The position numbers and the translations under genes are program-made. From Candidatus Omnitrophota bacterium (GTDB taxonomy: Bacteria; Omnitrophota; Omnitrophia; Omnitrophales; Aquincolibacteriaceae), in NCBI GenBank assembly GCA_903856085.1, contig CAIOAT010000013.1, positions 231,430-295,429 on the forward strand: a stretch of 64,000 nt of DNA, written 5' to 3'. A model generated the notes under the pieces. The model saw only the letters and a list, made by a program, of their open reading frames with translations. It did not search any database and was not told the origin of the DNA. This document shows, in pieces, positions 47,935 to 58,264 of this stretch. Each line of letters opens with the position of its first letter. Positions within the stretch are counted from its first letter, which is position 1.

Positions 47935-49068
47935 ATGGACGAAAAGCCAACATTAAGTGTCATTCTCCCCTGCCTCAACGAAGAGGCGGGGCTGGAGTTC
48001 TGCCTTTCCAAGATCAAGTCGGTCCTTTCACGAATGAATGTCCCCGCGGAAGTGATCGTGATCGATAATGGTTCTACGGACCGGAGCGCCGAGATCGCCT
48101 CAAAGAATGGCGCGCATGTTGTCCTGGAACCTGTCCAGGGATATGGCGCGGCCTGTGAGAAGGGTTTTGAGACCGCTCGGGGAGAATACTGCTTTCTCGC
48201 TGACGCCGATGGCACCTACGATTTTGAGGAGATCCCGAAATTTTTGGCTGCCTTTTCTCAAGGGTGGGATCTTATCATCGGGAACCGGTTCAAAGGCAAG
48301 ATCGATCCGGGGGCCATGCCCTGGTCGCACCGACATATCGGCAACCCGCTACTTTCCTCCGTGTTACGTCTGTTCTTTAAGACCAAGATCCACGACACTC
48401 ATTGCGGCATGCGGGCGATCACTAAGAAAGCTTATCAAAGCCTGTCCCTCATGACCATTGGCATGGAGTTCGCCTCGGAAATGATCGTCATGGCCTTAAA
48501 AAAAGACCTCCGGATCCTCGAACTCCCTGTCGATTACCACAAACGAAAAGGCATCTCCAAGCTGAAACGATTCTCGGACGGGTGGCGGCATTTGAGGTTC
48601 ATGCTTCTTTACAAGCCGCTTTTCCTCTTTTTTATGCCGGGGATTTTAATGCTATCTATCGGGATGATCTCGCTACCTCTTTTTTATTTTGACGCGATCA
48701 GCCTGCCCGGCATCCGTTTCTACTATCACCCCATGTTTTTTTCTTCGCTTTTTATCATCACGGGGTTTCAGCTGGTCCTTTTTTCGGTCTTTGCCAAGAC
48801 ATACGCCATCACGCATCTTGGGGACAGCCCTGTCTTAGAAAAATTCTACCGCTACATGAACATCGAACGTGCCAGTCTTCTGGGGCTGTTTGGAGTGGGT
48901 CTGGGAGGCTTCATGTATATGAAGATCTTCGTCAAATGGCTGGAGACTCACCTGGGACCGCTCAACGAGATCAAGAATTCCATCCTGGCTCTTACGCTCA
49001 TCGTCCTGGGGATCCAAACCATTTTTTCCGCGTTCATGCTTAGCATTCTAGGGATCAAACGAAAGTGA
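47935..49068 (+). CDS. Family 2 glycosyltransferase (DPM1/ArnC-like polyprenyl-phosphate glycosyltransferase) with a C-terminal TM domain
   Basis: LSVILPCLNEE, VIVIDNGSTD and FLADADG (DxD) motifs, plus four C-terminal TM helices. Confidence 0.8.
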   Translation: MDEKPTLSVILPCLNEEAGLEFCLSKIKSVLSRMNVPAEVIVIDNGSTDRSAEIASKNGAHVVLEPVQGYGAACEKGFETARGEYCFLADADGTYDFEEIPKFLAAFSQGWDLIIGNRFKGKIDPGAMPWSHRHIGNPLLSSVLRLFFKTKIHDTHCGMRAITKKAYQSLSLMTIGMEFASEMIVMALKKDLRILELPVDYHKRKGISKLKRFSDGWRHLRFMLLYKPLFLFFMPGILMLSIGMISLPLFYFDAISLPGIRFYYHPMFFSSLFIITGFQLVLFSVFAKTYAITHLGDSPVLEKFYRYMNIERASLLGLFGVGLGGFMYMKIFVKWLETHLGPLNEIKNSILALTLIVLGIQTIFSAFMLSILGIKRK

Positions 49069-49069
49069 A

Positions 49070-50110
49070 CTAGGAAGCTTTTCGGCAACACTCCCCCGAT
49101 GATCGGAACGCCAATTTTCCAGCGCCCCAATTCCGTATCCGGCTAAGCATCTTAAAGAATGGAACGGTCCGGAAACAACGCAAGCGAAAATCCCGAAGGT
49201 CCGCCGCGCCAGAGATCAATTGCTGGATCGCCTCCGGCTTATCCCCCAAGTATTTCGGCAGATCCTTTTTTATAAAATCAAGAATCTCGTCAAACAGCGC
49301 GTCCGGCAAAAGCAGGATTTCCCCAAAACCAAAAAGATGCTCCGGAAGTTTTTGGGGGAAATGCTTGGCGAGAAACCTCATCCTGTTCTTCAAAATAAGA
49401 ACTTGCTTCAAAGCATCCATTCTCCGAGGACCTCGAAGCCTGTGATAAACAAAACTGCGCGGCGCAAACACGATCTTATACCCGAGACTCCGCAACCGGT
49501 AATTCATATCAAGATCTTCGGAATACATGTGGAAATCCTCGTCAAAAAAACCGGCTTTCTCTAAGGCTTCCTTTTTATAGAGCGCCGAAACATTCGAAAC
49601 GCTCGTCACTTCTTCGGTTCGGGAATACTGTCCTTGATCCGCTTCTTTGAGGCCCCGGTCCCCCCAGTGGTAATGGGGCAGTTGCTCATGTCCGGCGCTT
49701 TGGATCCTTCCGTCAAAAAAAAGAACTTTGCTGCCAACGGCGCCAATGCCCTCGGAGGACTGGGCGGCACGAACGAGCTCCACCAACCAGTGCCGGTCTA
49801 CTTTCGTATCATTATTGAGCAACGCGACATATTCCCCCCGCGCTTCCCGAATTCCAAGATTATTGGCGCTACAGTAGTTATTAAGATCGTTCGCAAGAAC
49901 CCGAACCTCCGGATAGCTCCGATTGATATATTTCACCGACCCATCCGTCGAACCATTATCCACCACAAGAACTTCGCGTTTGTCCCTTGGATAATCCAGA
50001 CCCCGCAAAGAATCCAGGCATTCCTTGATAAGACGCTTTCCATTTCGGTGAACAATGATGACCGTGACGAATGGAAACGAGCCTTCCTGCTTTGGATCAT
50101 TCTTTTGCAT
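49070..50110 (-). CDS. Family 2 glycosyltransferase
   Basis: VTVIIVHRNG and VLVVDNGSTDGS motifs. Confidence 0.75.
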   Translation of the reverse strand: MQKNDPKQEGSFPFVTVIIVHRNGKRLIKECLDSLRGLDYPRDKREVLVVDNGSTDGSVKYINRSYPEVRVLANDLNNYCSANNLGIREARGEYVALLNNDTKVDRHWLVELVRAAQSSEGIGAVGSKVLFFDGRIQSAGHEQLPHYHWGDRGLKEADQGQYSRTEEVTSVSNVSALYKKEALEKAGFFDEDFHMYSEDLDMNYRLRSLGYKIVFAPRSFVYHRLRGPRRMDALKQVLILKNRMRFLAKHFPQKLPEHLFGFGEILLLPDALFDEILDFIKKDLPKYLGDKPEAIQQLISGAADLRDFRLRCFRTVPFFKMLSRIRNWGAGKLAFRSSGECCRKAS

Positions 50111-51242
50111 GGGACGATCTCCCTGGGCCTGTCGCATTAAGACTGAGACTGATTTCACTTTTTATCTTTTCTATAAAAACCCCGGTACCAAACCGGCGCG
50201 CTGAAATTTGGCAAGCTTCACGATATTTCGCGGGATCGTGAGCCAGTTCTTCTCCCAATTTCAAAATGGCGTTGCGGAGTTTATTCTCATCAATAGCATC
50301 GATCAGAATACCGGTTTGACCGTGAACGACCGTCTCCCGGTAACCTCCCTCGTCCGGGGCGATGACGGGTTTTCCGGAGGCCATCGCCTCCACCGCATTC
50401 ATCCCGAAATCTTCATCCTGTGAGGTGGTGATCAAACCTTTGCAATGCGCGTACAATTCTACCAGTTCTTCATGAGAGACCCAGCTTTTGATTTCGACGT
50501 TATTCGGTTTTATTTTTTCGCAAGAAGCCGCATACTCGAGAAAATGGTCTGACTGCTCATAGCTTCCGACAATGACGAGCCGCTCCCCGGGAAGCCCGGC
50601 AAAAGCCTTCATCTGCAGTTCGATCCTCTTGTGTTTTATAAGCCGGTTCACTGAAAGCCAATAACCCTTCGACGGGGCCTCATGGAATTTTGATATCTCA
50701 ATGGGAGGATGGATCACGGTGGCGTCCCTCTGAAGAAACTGTTTCACCCGCTTCTTTGTATTTTCAGAATTGCAAACTACGCGTCCCACGGCAACTACAT
50801 ATTTCCGGTTGAGATACCGGTTGACCATGACCCAGAGATCGAAAAACAGCCGGCACCAGGAAGGAACCATGCTTTCTCTCACGTAGGGATACAGGTCCCA
50901 GATCTCCCGGATCGGAGAGTGGACATACCAGAGATTAGGCCGGTTTTTGACCGCTCCCGACATAGCCCAGTCACCGGCAATAATAAAAAAATCATACTTT
51001 GCTTTTAAATCGAGGCGCCGGAACTTCCCCTGGGCGATCTGCTGTCTCCAGGGAGGATTGAGCGGGACTTTTCCAATCGAGAAAACCCTCGGAAGCACAT
51101 CGGAAAAACCCATGTGGCGGATCTTGATGGGATCAATATTGGTCGTATAAATATCGGCCCCCAATTCCCGGGCCAACGTCAGGGACACAATCTCCGCCCC
51201 TCCGATATTGTCGATAAAGTTATGGAAGATCGCAATCCTCAT
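50097..51242 (-). CDS. Family 4 (GT-B, group 1) glycosyltransferase
   Basis: EDFGMNAVEAMASGKPVIA E-x7-E motif region. A GGAG SD lies before the MRIAIFHN start. Confidence 0.8.
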   Translation of the reverse strand: MRIAIFHNFIDNIGGAEIVSLTLARELGADIYTTNIDPIKIRHMGFSDVLPRVFSIGKVPLNPPWRQQIAQGKFRRLDLKAKYDFFIIAGDWAMSGAVKNRPNLWYVHSPIREIWDLYPYVRESMVPSWCRLFFDLWVMVNRYLNRKYVVAVGRVVCNSENTKKRVKQFLQRDATVIHPPIEISKFHEAPSKGYWLSVNRLIKHKRIELQMKAFAGLPGERLVIVGSYEQSDHFLEYAASCEKIKPNNVEIKSWVSHEELVELYAHCKGLITTSQDEDFGMNAVEAMASGKPVIAPDEGGYRETVVHGQTGILIDAIDENKLRNAILKLGEELAHDPAKYREACQISARRFGTGVFIEKIKSEISLSLNATGPGRSSHAKE

Positions 51243-51247
51243 GGAGT

Positions 51248-53002
51248 TTATTTCTCCTTCATCAGATCGTGGGCCAAACGTAAGTTCGCCGCGGCTTCCT
51301 GATAACGGGGATTGATCTTTAAAGCCTCCTGAAACTGCATAGCGGCCTGCTGATACTCGCCCATCAGTCCATAGGTCATCCCAAGATTGTTCCATCCTTC
51401 TTCGAACCAGGGGGCCATTTTGACGGCGTTTTGTCCATATAGAAGCGCATTCTTATAATCCCCCGTAAGGGCATAGGCATACCCCAGGTTGCTCTGTGCC
51501 TGATAATTTTTCGGATCCAACTCGACCGCTTGGCGGCAAAAATAAATCCCCTCCTGATATTTTTTCATTTCTCCATAAAGCGACCCCAGGTTGTTATAGA
51601 GCTGGGCCAAAGGTTCCCTGAGCCCCTGATGGAACTTTAAAGCCATTTGATAAGCCTCAATCGCCTTCTGCGGCTGACCCCTTCTCTGGTACTCAACCCC
51701 CAGGTTGACATACGGCCGTGACTTCCGGGGTGATTGACTGACGGCATCCTGCCAAAACACGAGCGCGTTGGTCCAAACTTCGTTTCGCCGGTAGGTCAAC
51801 GAAGAGAAAATAAGAATGATTCCGATCATACTCAGGAGAAAAAGTCTGTAATTTTTTATCAAATAATAAAGGCCCGCGCAAAACGCGATTAAAAAACCTA
51901 TGGAAGGAAGATAAAGCCGATGCTCAAAAATGGCATCCTTAAGCGGTACAAAGCTCGAAGTGACAGACAAAGTGAGGAAAAACCAAAGCACGCCGAACCC
52001 GACCAGCGGAAAGCGACGGATCGATCGAAACGCCAGAAGAAAAATCGCAAGAAGCACGAGAGCGCTTGCAAGAGTCGAGCCGTCCAACAACCCGTGAGAC
52101 CAGGCAAAATCATAATCAACGTTTTGCCGCACGGGAAGGAACAACAACCCGATGTACTTGAGGATCACACGGAATTCGGTTAAAAGGTAGGTCCCGCTGG
52201 TAATGCCAATCTCTGCATGCTGCGAAAACACCCCTCGAAGATTGATAGAGAGACAAAAAAGAATCAGAACCATTAATAGAAGAACGATCCCGCTATAAAT
52301 CCACGGTTTCTTCCAGAACGACCCAGGCTCTTTCAGAAAGCTCAGAGGGGCCGGCTCCTTGAGAAAGATCCATTCGATCAAAACCAGTGCCGCTGGCAGT
52401 GTAAAAACAATTTCTTTGGTGAAAGCTCCCAAGATCGCTGCCACAACTGAAAGCATGAAAAAAGCAGTCCCTTGAAGAGGACGTTCGGAGCTCATTCTCC
52501 CCTTCAGATAAAGACAGAGTGAGAGCACGTAGAAAAGAGTGGCCAGACATTCGAACCGTTGAGTGATATAGGTCACTGCTTCTGTCTCGATCGGATGGGA
52601 TACAAAAAGCCATCCGACAAGGAGAGCTATCGCATAGTTGTGCTTTGCGATGTTTTCTTCCCGCAGACGCGGCGTCTTAAGGAGCAGCAATAAAAACCAG
52701 CCCACAGAAAGAGCGGTAAAAATGTGAATGGCCATATTGACGGCATGATAGCCGGCGACATCATTTCCATGGACGTGATAGTTCAGAGCAAAGGAAGAGA
52801 ACGCGACGAAACGTTTGCGGTAACTCAGATCCTGCCAAAGCGCCGGATCCCCAAGCTGTCTAATAGCAGGATTTTTCAGGATGAATTTTTCATCGTCGAA
52901 CAGAAAGGGCCCTCTCAAGGTGTTCGAGTAGAGAAGAAAACCCCACACACACAGAGCCACAAGCGCAGCAAAGAACATCATCTGTTTTTTTGAAATACTC
53001 AA
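51248..53002 (-). CDS. TMTC/PMT_2 (DUF1736, GT39-like) polytopic membrane protein with C-terminal TPR repeats; putative glycosyltransferase
   Basis: About 11 N-terminal TM helices with a GYHAVNMAIHIFTAL motif, then four or more TPR units. Confidence 0.5.
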   Translation of the reverse strand: MSISKKQMMFFAALVALCVWGFLLYSNTLRGPFLFDDEKFILKNPAIRQLGDPALWQDLSYRKRFVAFSSFALNYHVHGNDVAGYHAVNMAIHIFTALSVGWFLLLLLKTPRLREENIAKHNYAIALLVGWLFVSHPIETEAVTYITQRFECLATLFYVLSLCLYLKGRMSSERPLQGTAFFMLSVVAAILGAFTKEIVFTLPAALVLIEWIFLKEPAPLSFLKEPGSFWKKPWIYSGIVLLLMVLILFCLSINLRGVFSQHAEIGITSGTYLLTEFRVILKYIGLLFLPVRQNVDYDFAWSHGLLDGSTLASALVLLAIFLLAFRSIRRFPLVGFGVLWFFLTLSVTSSFVPLKDAIFEHRLYLPSIGFLIAFCAGLYYLIKNYRLFLLSMIGIILIFSSLTYRRNEVWTNALVFWQDAVSQSPRKSRPYVNLGVEYQRRGQPQKAIEAYQMALKFHQGLREPLAQLYNNLGSLYGEMKKYQEGIYFCRQAVELDPKNYQAQSNLGYAYALTGDYKNALLYGQNAVKMAPWFEEGWNNLGMTYGLMGEYQQAAMQFQEALKINPRYQEAAANLRLAHDLMKEK

Positions 53003-53113
53003 AATTTACGGCCCTTTCGTTTGATGCCAAGTATCCCTTGAGAATGCCGGCGAAATCTCAGGTTAAAAACTTAGCCGAGAGGCAGACCCTTTGCACGCCT
53101 CATCATAATACGA

Positions 53114-53938
53114 TCATCCGTGAATGCCTAAAAAATCCAAGAACCTGCTCCACTCACAGTGGACCATGTCCCTGGCATTTTGCCAAAGGGAGGGGTTGGG
53201 AATCGTTCGAAACGGTTCGAAGCAAACCGTACGGAAACAGCTTCCCTGTTTTTTGGCCATAAGCACCAAAAGCCTCTCGATCGCGTGGGCCAACGTCCCA
53301 TTGCGCCGGATCGCTTTACCTCCCGGAAAATCCTCAAAGGTAAGCCCGAGCCCAAATAACTGGGCGAGCGCCCTCGGGCGAAACCAGAACATAGAACCGG
53401 CCGGAAACCTAAGCTGGCTTTTTTCCGGGAGCGGTAATTCTAATCGCGCGGCGAGCGCCACGCAACTATCCCAGTCCGAAGGCAATGGATCTTCCAATCC
53501 CGCTTTAAGGGGCGCAATCGCTTCAGGATAAACCAGCCCGAGAGTTTTGTCTTCTTCGAACATCCGCAGGATCGAATCGATAATCTCCGGAGATCCTGCA
53601 AGGTTTCTCATTAAATATTCACCCCAACCCTTAAGCCATAACCTGTGGGGACTTTTTTTTGTGTGCAGCTTGAGAACCAGGTCATAAGACGGATAAACAT
53701 CCCCAAACATGCAGACGAACGGGGCAATGTCATAGCCCCTGTTCGGAACCACCCGGAGCGTGATCTTTTTACCCGGGAACATTTCATCCAGAAGATTTTT
53801 CACCCACTCGCTTTTCTCCACCGGCACGGAGACATAAAGATCGAACTCAAAAGAGAGCTTCCCGAGAAGCTTGAGGATCGCTTCCGTCTCCTCCCTGTAA
53901 AATAAATGCGCCACTACTGCCATCTTGGAAACATCCAT
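53114..53938 (-). CDS. Rhamnan synthesis protein F (RgpF)-like glycosyltransferase
   Basis: VVAHLFYREE N-terminus and overall RgpF-like composition. Confidence 0.45.
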   Translation of the reverse strand: MDVSKMAVVAHLFYREETEAILKLLGKLSFEFDLYVSVPVEKSEWVKNLLDEMFPGKKITLRVVPNRGYDIAPFVCMFGDVYPSYDLVLKLHTKKSPHRLWLKGWGEYLMRNLAGSPEIIDSILRMFEEDKTLGLVYPEAIAPLKAGLEDPLPSDWDSCVALAARLELPLPEKSQLRFPAGSMFWFRPRALAQLFGLGLTFEDFPGGKAIRRNGTLAHAIERLLVLMAKKQGSCFRTVCFEPFRTIPNPSLWQNARDMVHCEWSRFLDFLGIHG

Positions 53939-53969
53939 TAAAACCTCCGCACTGTCTGAGCCGGTGCTT

Positions 53970-55046
53970 TCATTTCGATTCTTTTGGAAGCAAATTAATG
54001 ACAGTGGCCTTTATTTTTTCAGCGGCCAAAGCATTACCCGCAATATTCCAGTGGGTATCCCTTGGCTTGTATAAGGCCGCCCCACCCGCTTTAAACGCAT
54101 CCAAAAGATCCATGTAAGGAATCCCGAGTCCTGAAAGATATTGCCCGAGCACCCTGTTGGGAACCTCCCACTGCATTTTCCCGACGGGAATCTCTCTTGG
54201 AAATCTCTCCGAGAGCTGCTGCTGAAGCTCGGGGTCGACCTGCATCTGGTCGGGGATCAAGACAAAAGCCAGAGCCACACCGTTCTTCCGGCAGATAGAG
54301 TCCATTTCTTTGATTTTCAACAAGACGTTTCGCATTCTCTTTCGCAAGACATCGTTGTCTTTTCGAAACAAAACACTTCGAATCTTTTCAATTTCAAAGA
54401 ACTTTTCCTTTTTGAAGGTCGGGACATAATCGCGATAAGCACGGAAAGCCGCCAGCGATCTTTCCACGGATCTAAAAAAGCCATGGCAGTATTTCGCAAA
54501 CTGGTAAATATAAAATCGCTCGAACCATTGAAGCGGCGGGTGAAAATCGATGAAATCGTTCCCGATGAAGAAGGACACTAGCACGATATCCGGGTGAAAG
54601 AACAACGCCTCATGGCGAAGCATGTATAGATATTCCTCGGGACCGATACCAGGAATCCCCATATTAAGAACGTCCACATCAAGCCCGTCTGACTGCAAGC
54701 TCCGCTCCAGCAGCGTCAGATAATTGTATTCACGGGGGACGATTCCCCAGGCGAAAGAATCACCGAGTGCGACAACGCGAACTCTGTGATTTTTCTTAAT
54801 AGAAAAGTCCGCATCCTTAAAACCAAAATTGTTCAGCTTAACATTACCCCAGACTTGTCCAGGATATCTGTTTACTGACAGGCGATCTGAATCGACAAGG
54901 AGACTGATCGGAAATAAATGCTGGGCAATCCGCAAGCCGCCTTCCAATATCAGCAAACTCACAATGATACCCATGCAGAGCGCAATACATCGCTTGCGCC
55001 AATCGTGGGATCGCAGAGAGGGGCCCCGGCCGATTTCAGACTTCAC
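53970..55046 (-). CDS. SGNH/GDSL hydrolase-fold protein of the AlgJ/AlgX/DltD type; putative polysaccharide O-acyltransferase
   Basis: Block I VVALGDSFAWG and a C-terminal RDTHWN (DxxH). N-terminal membrane anchor. Confidence 0.65.
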   Translation of the reverse strand: MKSEIGRGPSLRSHDWRKRCIALCMGIIVSLLILEGGLRIAQHLFPISLLVDSDRLSVNRYPGQVWGNVKLNNFGFKDADFSIKKNHRVRVVALGDSFAWGIVPREYNYLTLLERSLQSDGLDVDVLNMGIPGIGPEEYLYMLRHEALFFHPDIVLVSFFIGNDFIDFHPPLQWFERFYIYQFAKYCHGFFRSVERSLAAFRAYRDYVPTFKKEKFFEIEKIRSVLFRKDNDVLRKRMRNVLLKIKEMDSICRKNGVALAFVLIPDQMQVDPELQQQLSERFPREIPVGKMQWEVPNRVLGQYLSGLGIPYMDLLDAFKAGGAALYKPRDTHWNIAGNALAAEKIKATVINLLPKESK

Positions 55047-55207
55047 GGATCATCCACGCCCCCAAAACATCGTAACTACTTCCTTCACTAAAATCCTGCT
55101 CCTGCATAAGACACTTCACCTCATCCAACCTGCTATCTGAAATTTTTTCTTGATACTACTCATGTCCATTGCGCAAAACTTAAGAAATGCAGGACGCCAA
55201 CGTCTTT

Positions 55208-57043
55208 TTACACCCGTAATCTCTGGCTTGTCCACAAATTGAAGAACAGGCCTTTCTTATAGATCAACTCCCGCAGAGTGCCCGACTCAAGGATTCTACC
55301 TTGATCAAGATAGACGATTTTATCGGCTCTTCTGATTGTAGAAAGCCTGTGGGCAATAAGGATCAGCGTTTTCTCACCTCGCGTCTGCAAAATAAAGTTG
55401 TGGACCCAGGCTTCCGTCCCAGAATCAAGAGCGCTCGTGGCTTCATCCATGATCAAGATCTCCGGGTCCTTGATAAGCGCCCGTGCGATCGAAAGCCTTT
55501 GCCGCTCACCCCCCGAAAGACGGGCACCCCTTTCGCCGACAAGGGTCTCATATTTCTGCGGCATCTTTTTGACAAAATCATGGATGCGAACCCTGATGCC
55601 AAGGTACCTTAAACGTTCCTCATGAACATCCGAAGAGGCACCATAAACAATGTTGTTACGGATCGTATCGTTAAAGAGAATCACTTCCTGACTCACGAAC
55701 GCCATACGCTGTCGCAGCGAAGCGACGTCATACCCCCGGATGTCATGACCATCCACTAAAATCGTCCCGGGAGAACAATCATAAAATCTTAAAAGCAAGT
55801 TCACGAGCGTACTTTTGCCCGAACCCGAAGGTCCCACAATGGCAACAATCGATTTTTTTTCTACGGAAAAATTGAGTTTTTCCAGAACCCAAGGTTCCTT
55901 TTCTCCGTATCGAAAAGAAAGGTCCTTGAACTGTATCACTTTCTTGAGGCCTGTGAATTTCTGTGAGCCACTCACCACCAGAGTGGTCCCTTCATAGTGA
56001 AGGACTTGCTCGATATCGCGCAATGCAGAAGCGGCGCCCGCAGACCCCATTTTAAACTTACCGAACGCGGCGAACCCCGGAACAACCCGCATCGCCAGAT
56101 AAAAGAAAACAAAGGCTTGCGACGCGTCCAGAGTGTGGTCGATCCGCATCACGAGCGCCAATCCAAAAGCAACACATAGGATCCCGGTCATCGCTCCCAG
56201 ATCCTCGACCGGCTCCGCGAGGCTGCTCAACCGTTGCGTTTTAAATGCTTGCGCGATCTCTTGTTCACTTGCACGCGAAAATTTTTCTATCTCTTCCTGC
56301 TCCTTGGCAAAACTTCGTATGACCGGCATGCAGTAAAGCATATTGAAGATCTTTTCATGAAGATTCTTGGCCACACGATCGTGCTCCAGCCAGGCGGCAC
56401 GAATCCTCAGGATGATCCCATGCGTCACAAATTGCGTCAGGGGAACCGCGATGATCGCAACACAAGTCAGCTTCCAGGAGGTTTTGAGCATGAGACTGAG
56501 ATAGACGACGAGCAATAAGAATTGCGAGAGGAACCCCTGAAAGAGATCGAACTGGGATTCGATCATGCCGGTCGCTTTCGTAAGAACAGTGTGCAAAAAC
56601 GCGGTCGTGTTCTTATCGTAAAAACTTTTGCTGTAACCCAGACATTTCTTGACCAGCAATTGGCGAACATTTGCCGTGGCAAGTCGCGCCTGGGTCTGGC
56701 TGCACAAAGAGGCTAAATAAAGACAGGCGTTTTTAAGAATGACAATAATATAGAACCAGAATGCGGCAAGCGCGAAAAGCTTATTGGAGGTATTAAAAAA
56801 ATTTGGAAAGCGCCTGACGAAAAAATGAACGCCTGCCATATCCACCATATGGCTGAAATCCCCTTGGATGATCCCGTGTGTCAGAGGAAACAACAAGTTG
56901 ACGGAGTAGAGGGCCGAAAGACTGAAGCAGACAGAGAGAACGACAGACAATGCCAGAAACCACATATTAACCTGGCTCATTTTCAAAAAAGCAAAAAGTT
57001 TTTTTGCGTTTGAGAAGATATCGTTTCTTTTCTCAGAACTCAT
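55208..57043 (-). CDS. ABC exporter, fused permease/ATPase (MsbA-like)
   Basis: A six-TM domain plus an NBD with GPSGSGKST, LSGGERQRLSIARAL and ILIMDEATSALD. Confidence 0.85.
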   Translation of the reverse strand: MSSEKRNDIFSNAKKLFAFLKMSQVNMWFLALSVVLSVCFSLSALYSVNLLFPLTHGIIQGDFSHMVDMAGVHFFVRRFPNFFNTSNKLFALAAFWFYIIVILKNACLYLASLCSQTQARLATANVRQLLVKKCLGYSKSFYDKNTTAFLHTVLTKATGMIESQFDLFQGFLSQFLLLVVYLSLMLKTSWKLTCVAIIAVPLTQFVTHGIILRIRAAWLEHDRVAKNLHEKIFNMLYCMPVIRSFAKEQEEIEKFSRASEQEIAQAFKTQRLSSLAEPVEDLGAMTGILCVAFGLALVMRIDHTLDASQAFVFFYLAMRVVPGFAAFGKFKMGSAGAASALRDIEQVLHYEGTTLVVSGSQKFTGLKKVIQFKDLSFRYGEKEPWVLEKLNFSVEKKSIVAIVGPSGSGKSTLVNLLLRFYDCSPGTILVDGHDIRGYDVASLRQRMAFVSQEVILFNDTIRNNIVYGASSDVHEERLRYLGIRVRIHDFVKKMPQKYETLVGERGARLSGGERQRLSIARALIKDPEILIMDEATSALDSGTEAWVHNFILQTRGEKTLILIAHRLSTIRRADKIVYLDQGRILESGTLRELIYKKGLFFNLWTSQRLRV

Positions 57044-57218
57044 GCGGGGTAGCTCCGATAATTTAACGCAACGCTTGTGGGATATGATAACTGCAAGGAG
57101 GGATTATGAAAAGGAAAGAACGCAGGAAATACCGACACTTGCCCGCTTGTGGCCAGGAGATAATGAGTCGGAGGTTTTGGAAAATCCTTCGAAAGGACCT
57201 GCGGAAAATAAAACCGGA

Positions 57219-58067
57219 CTAAGCCTGCCCCCAAGACTCTGGGAGCTTAGAAAATCTAGCGCTTAACGCATCGTAAGTATCTTTTAGCTTCGCTTTGAGT
57301 TTTTTATCAATTTCATTCGAAAAATCAAAATCGTGCGTCACATTAACTTTGCGTTCTAATCGCTCTTCAGGAAGTGCCACTGCGGCAACTTCAAGAAAAT
57401 CGGTGATCTGATTGATGGCCTTTTGTTTGTTCCGCATAAGATCTTCGTAGAAAAGAAACAATAAATCCTCCGGCCTGAAATGCTCTTGCAGCTTTTGGAC
57501 GGTAACATGATATGAAGACTTTTCGATAATCATATCGGAATACGCTAGTTCAACAAGCTCTTCTCTCGTAACATCACGAATATCCGTATTTTGCATTTCA
57601 AAGAAATAACGCATCGCTGACTTAGCCCGATCGACCGGATCTCTCATTATAAAAAGTATTTTTTTATTTTGGCACACTCTTTTTATATTTTCAAATCCCG
57701 CGTCAGGCAGGAGGGCATATTCCGGTGAAAAATCAGCCGCATATTTCTTCCCACTATGAGAAAACAACTTTATATACCACTGATCATTGACAGGTGATAA
57801 TAACTCGTGGATGACTTTATTAACAGGCTTGCCAGACGATACATTTGAAAAATAGCGTTCTAATGCCGAACGCTTTTCTTTCAGGATCCGTTCCAGTTCA
57901 TTTACTTTTCTTCTCGTCAGCAGAATGCTGTCGCAATACAACGTGTTGAAATAATGGACCTCTTTCACGCCTGAAAAACCGATTTCCGGATGATCTTTTA
58001 ACTGCGCGTACAACCAGGTGGTACCTGCCTTTTGTGCACCCACACATAAAAATAAATTTTTTATCAT
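57219..58067 (-). CDS. PAPS-dependent sulfotransferase family protein
   Basis: 5'-PSB motif GAQKAGTTWL. Start at MIKNLF. Confidence 0.65.
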   Translation of the reverse strand: MIKNLFLCVGAQKAGTTWLYAQLKDHPEIGFSGVKEVHYFNTLYCDSILLTRRKVNELERILKEKRSALERYFSNVSSGKPVNKVIHELLSPVNDQWYIKLFSHSGKKYAADFSPEYALLPDAGFENIKRVCQNKKILFIMRDPVDRAKSAMRYFFEMQNTDIRDVTREELVELAYSDMIIEKSSYHVTVQKLQEHFRPEDLLFLFYEDLMRNKQKAINQITDFLEVAAVALPEERLERKVNVTHDFDFSNEIDKKLKAKLKDTYDALSARFSKLPESWGQA

Positions 58068-58264
58068 AATGCGCTTTTCCATCCCCTGAATAATTAACAA
58101 AAATAGCCCGCCTGTTTTCCGTACTCAAGCGCGCTCAGAGCGTCAAACGTTCCATGAAGCTTTCTGTGATTCTAATTCATTTCTACGCGTTCGAGGATCA
58201 TTCTTTTCTTTCGGCCATCCGTAAAATCTTGTGACTGTCTCGGTCGGCAGAACATCCCCACGTC

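Noticed and set aside
47697-48215. N-terminal 173-aa extension of the 46362..48215 ORF
   Set aside because: The extension is Ser/Thr/Pro-rich low complexity with no start context. The DUF1015 homology begins at MNSPQAST, and the extension would overlap the divergent GT2 promoter region.
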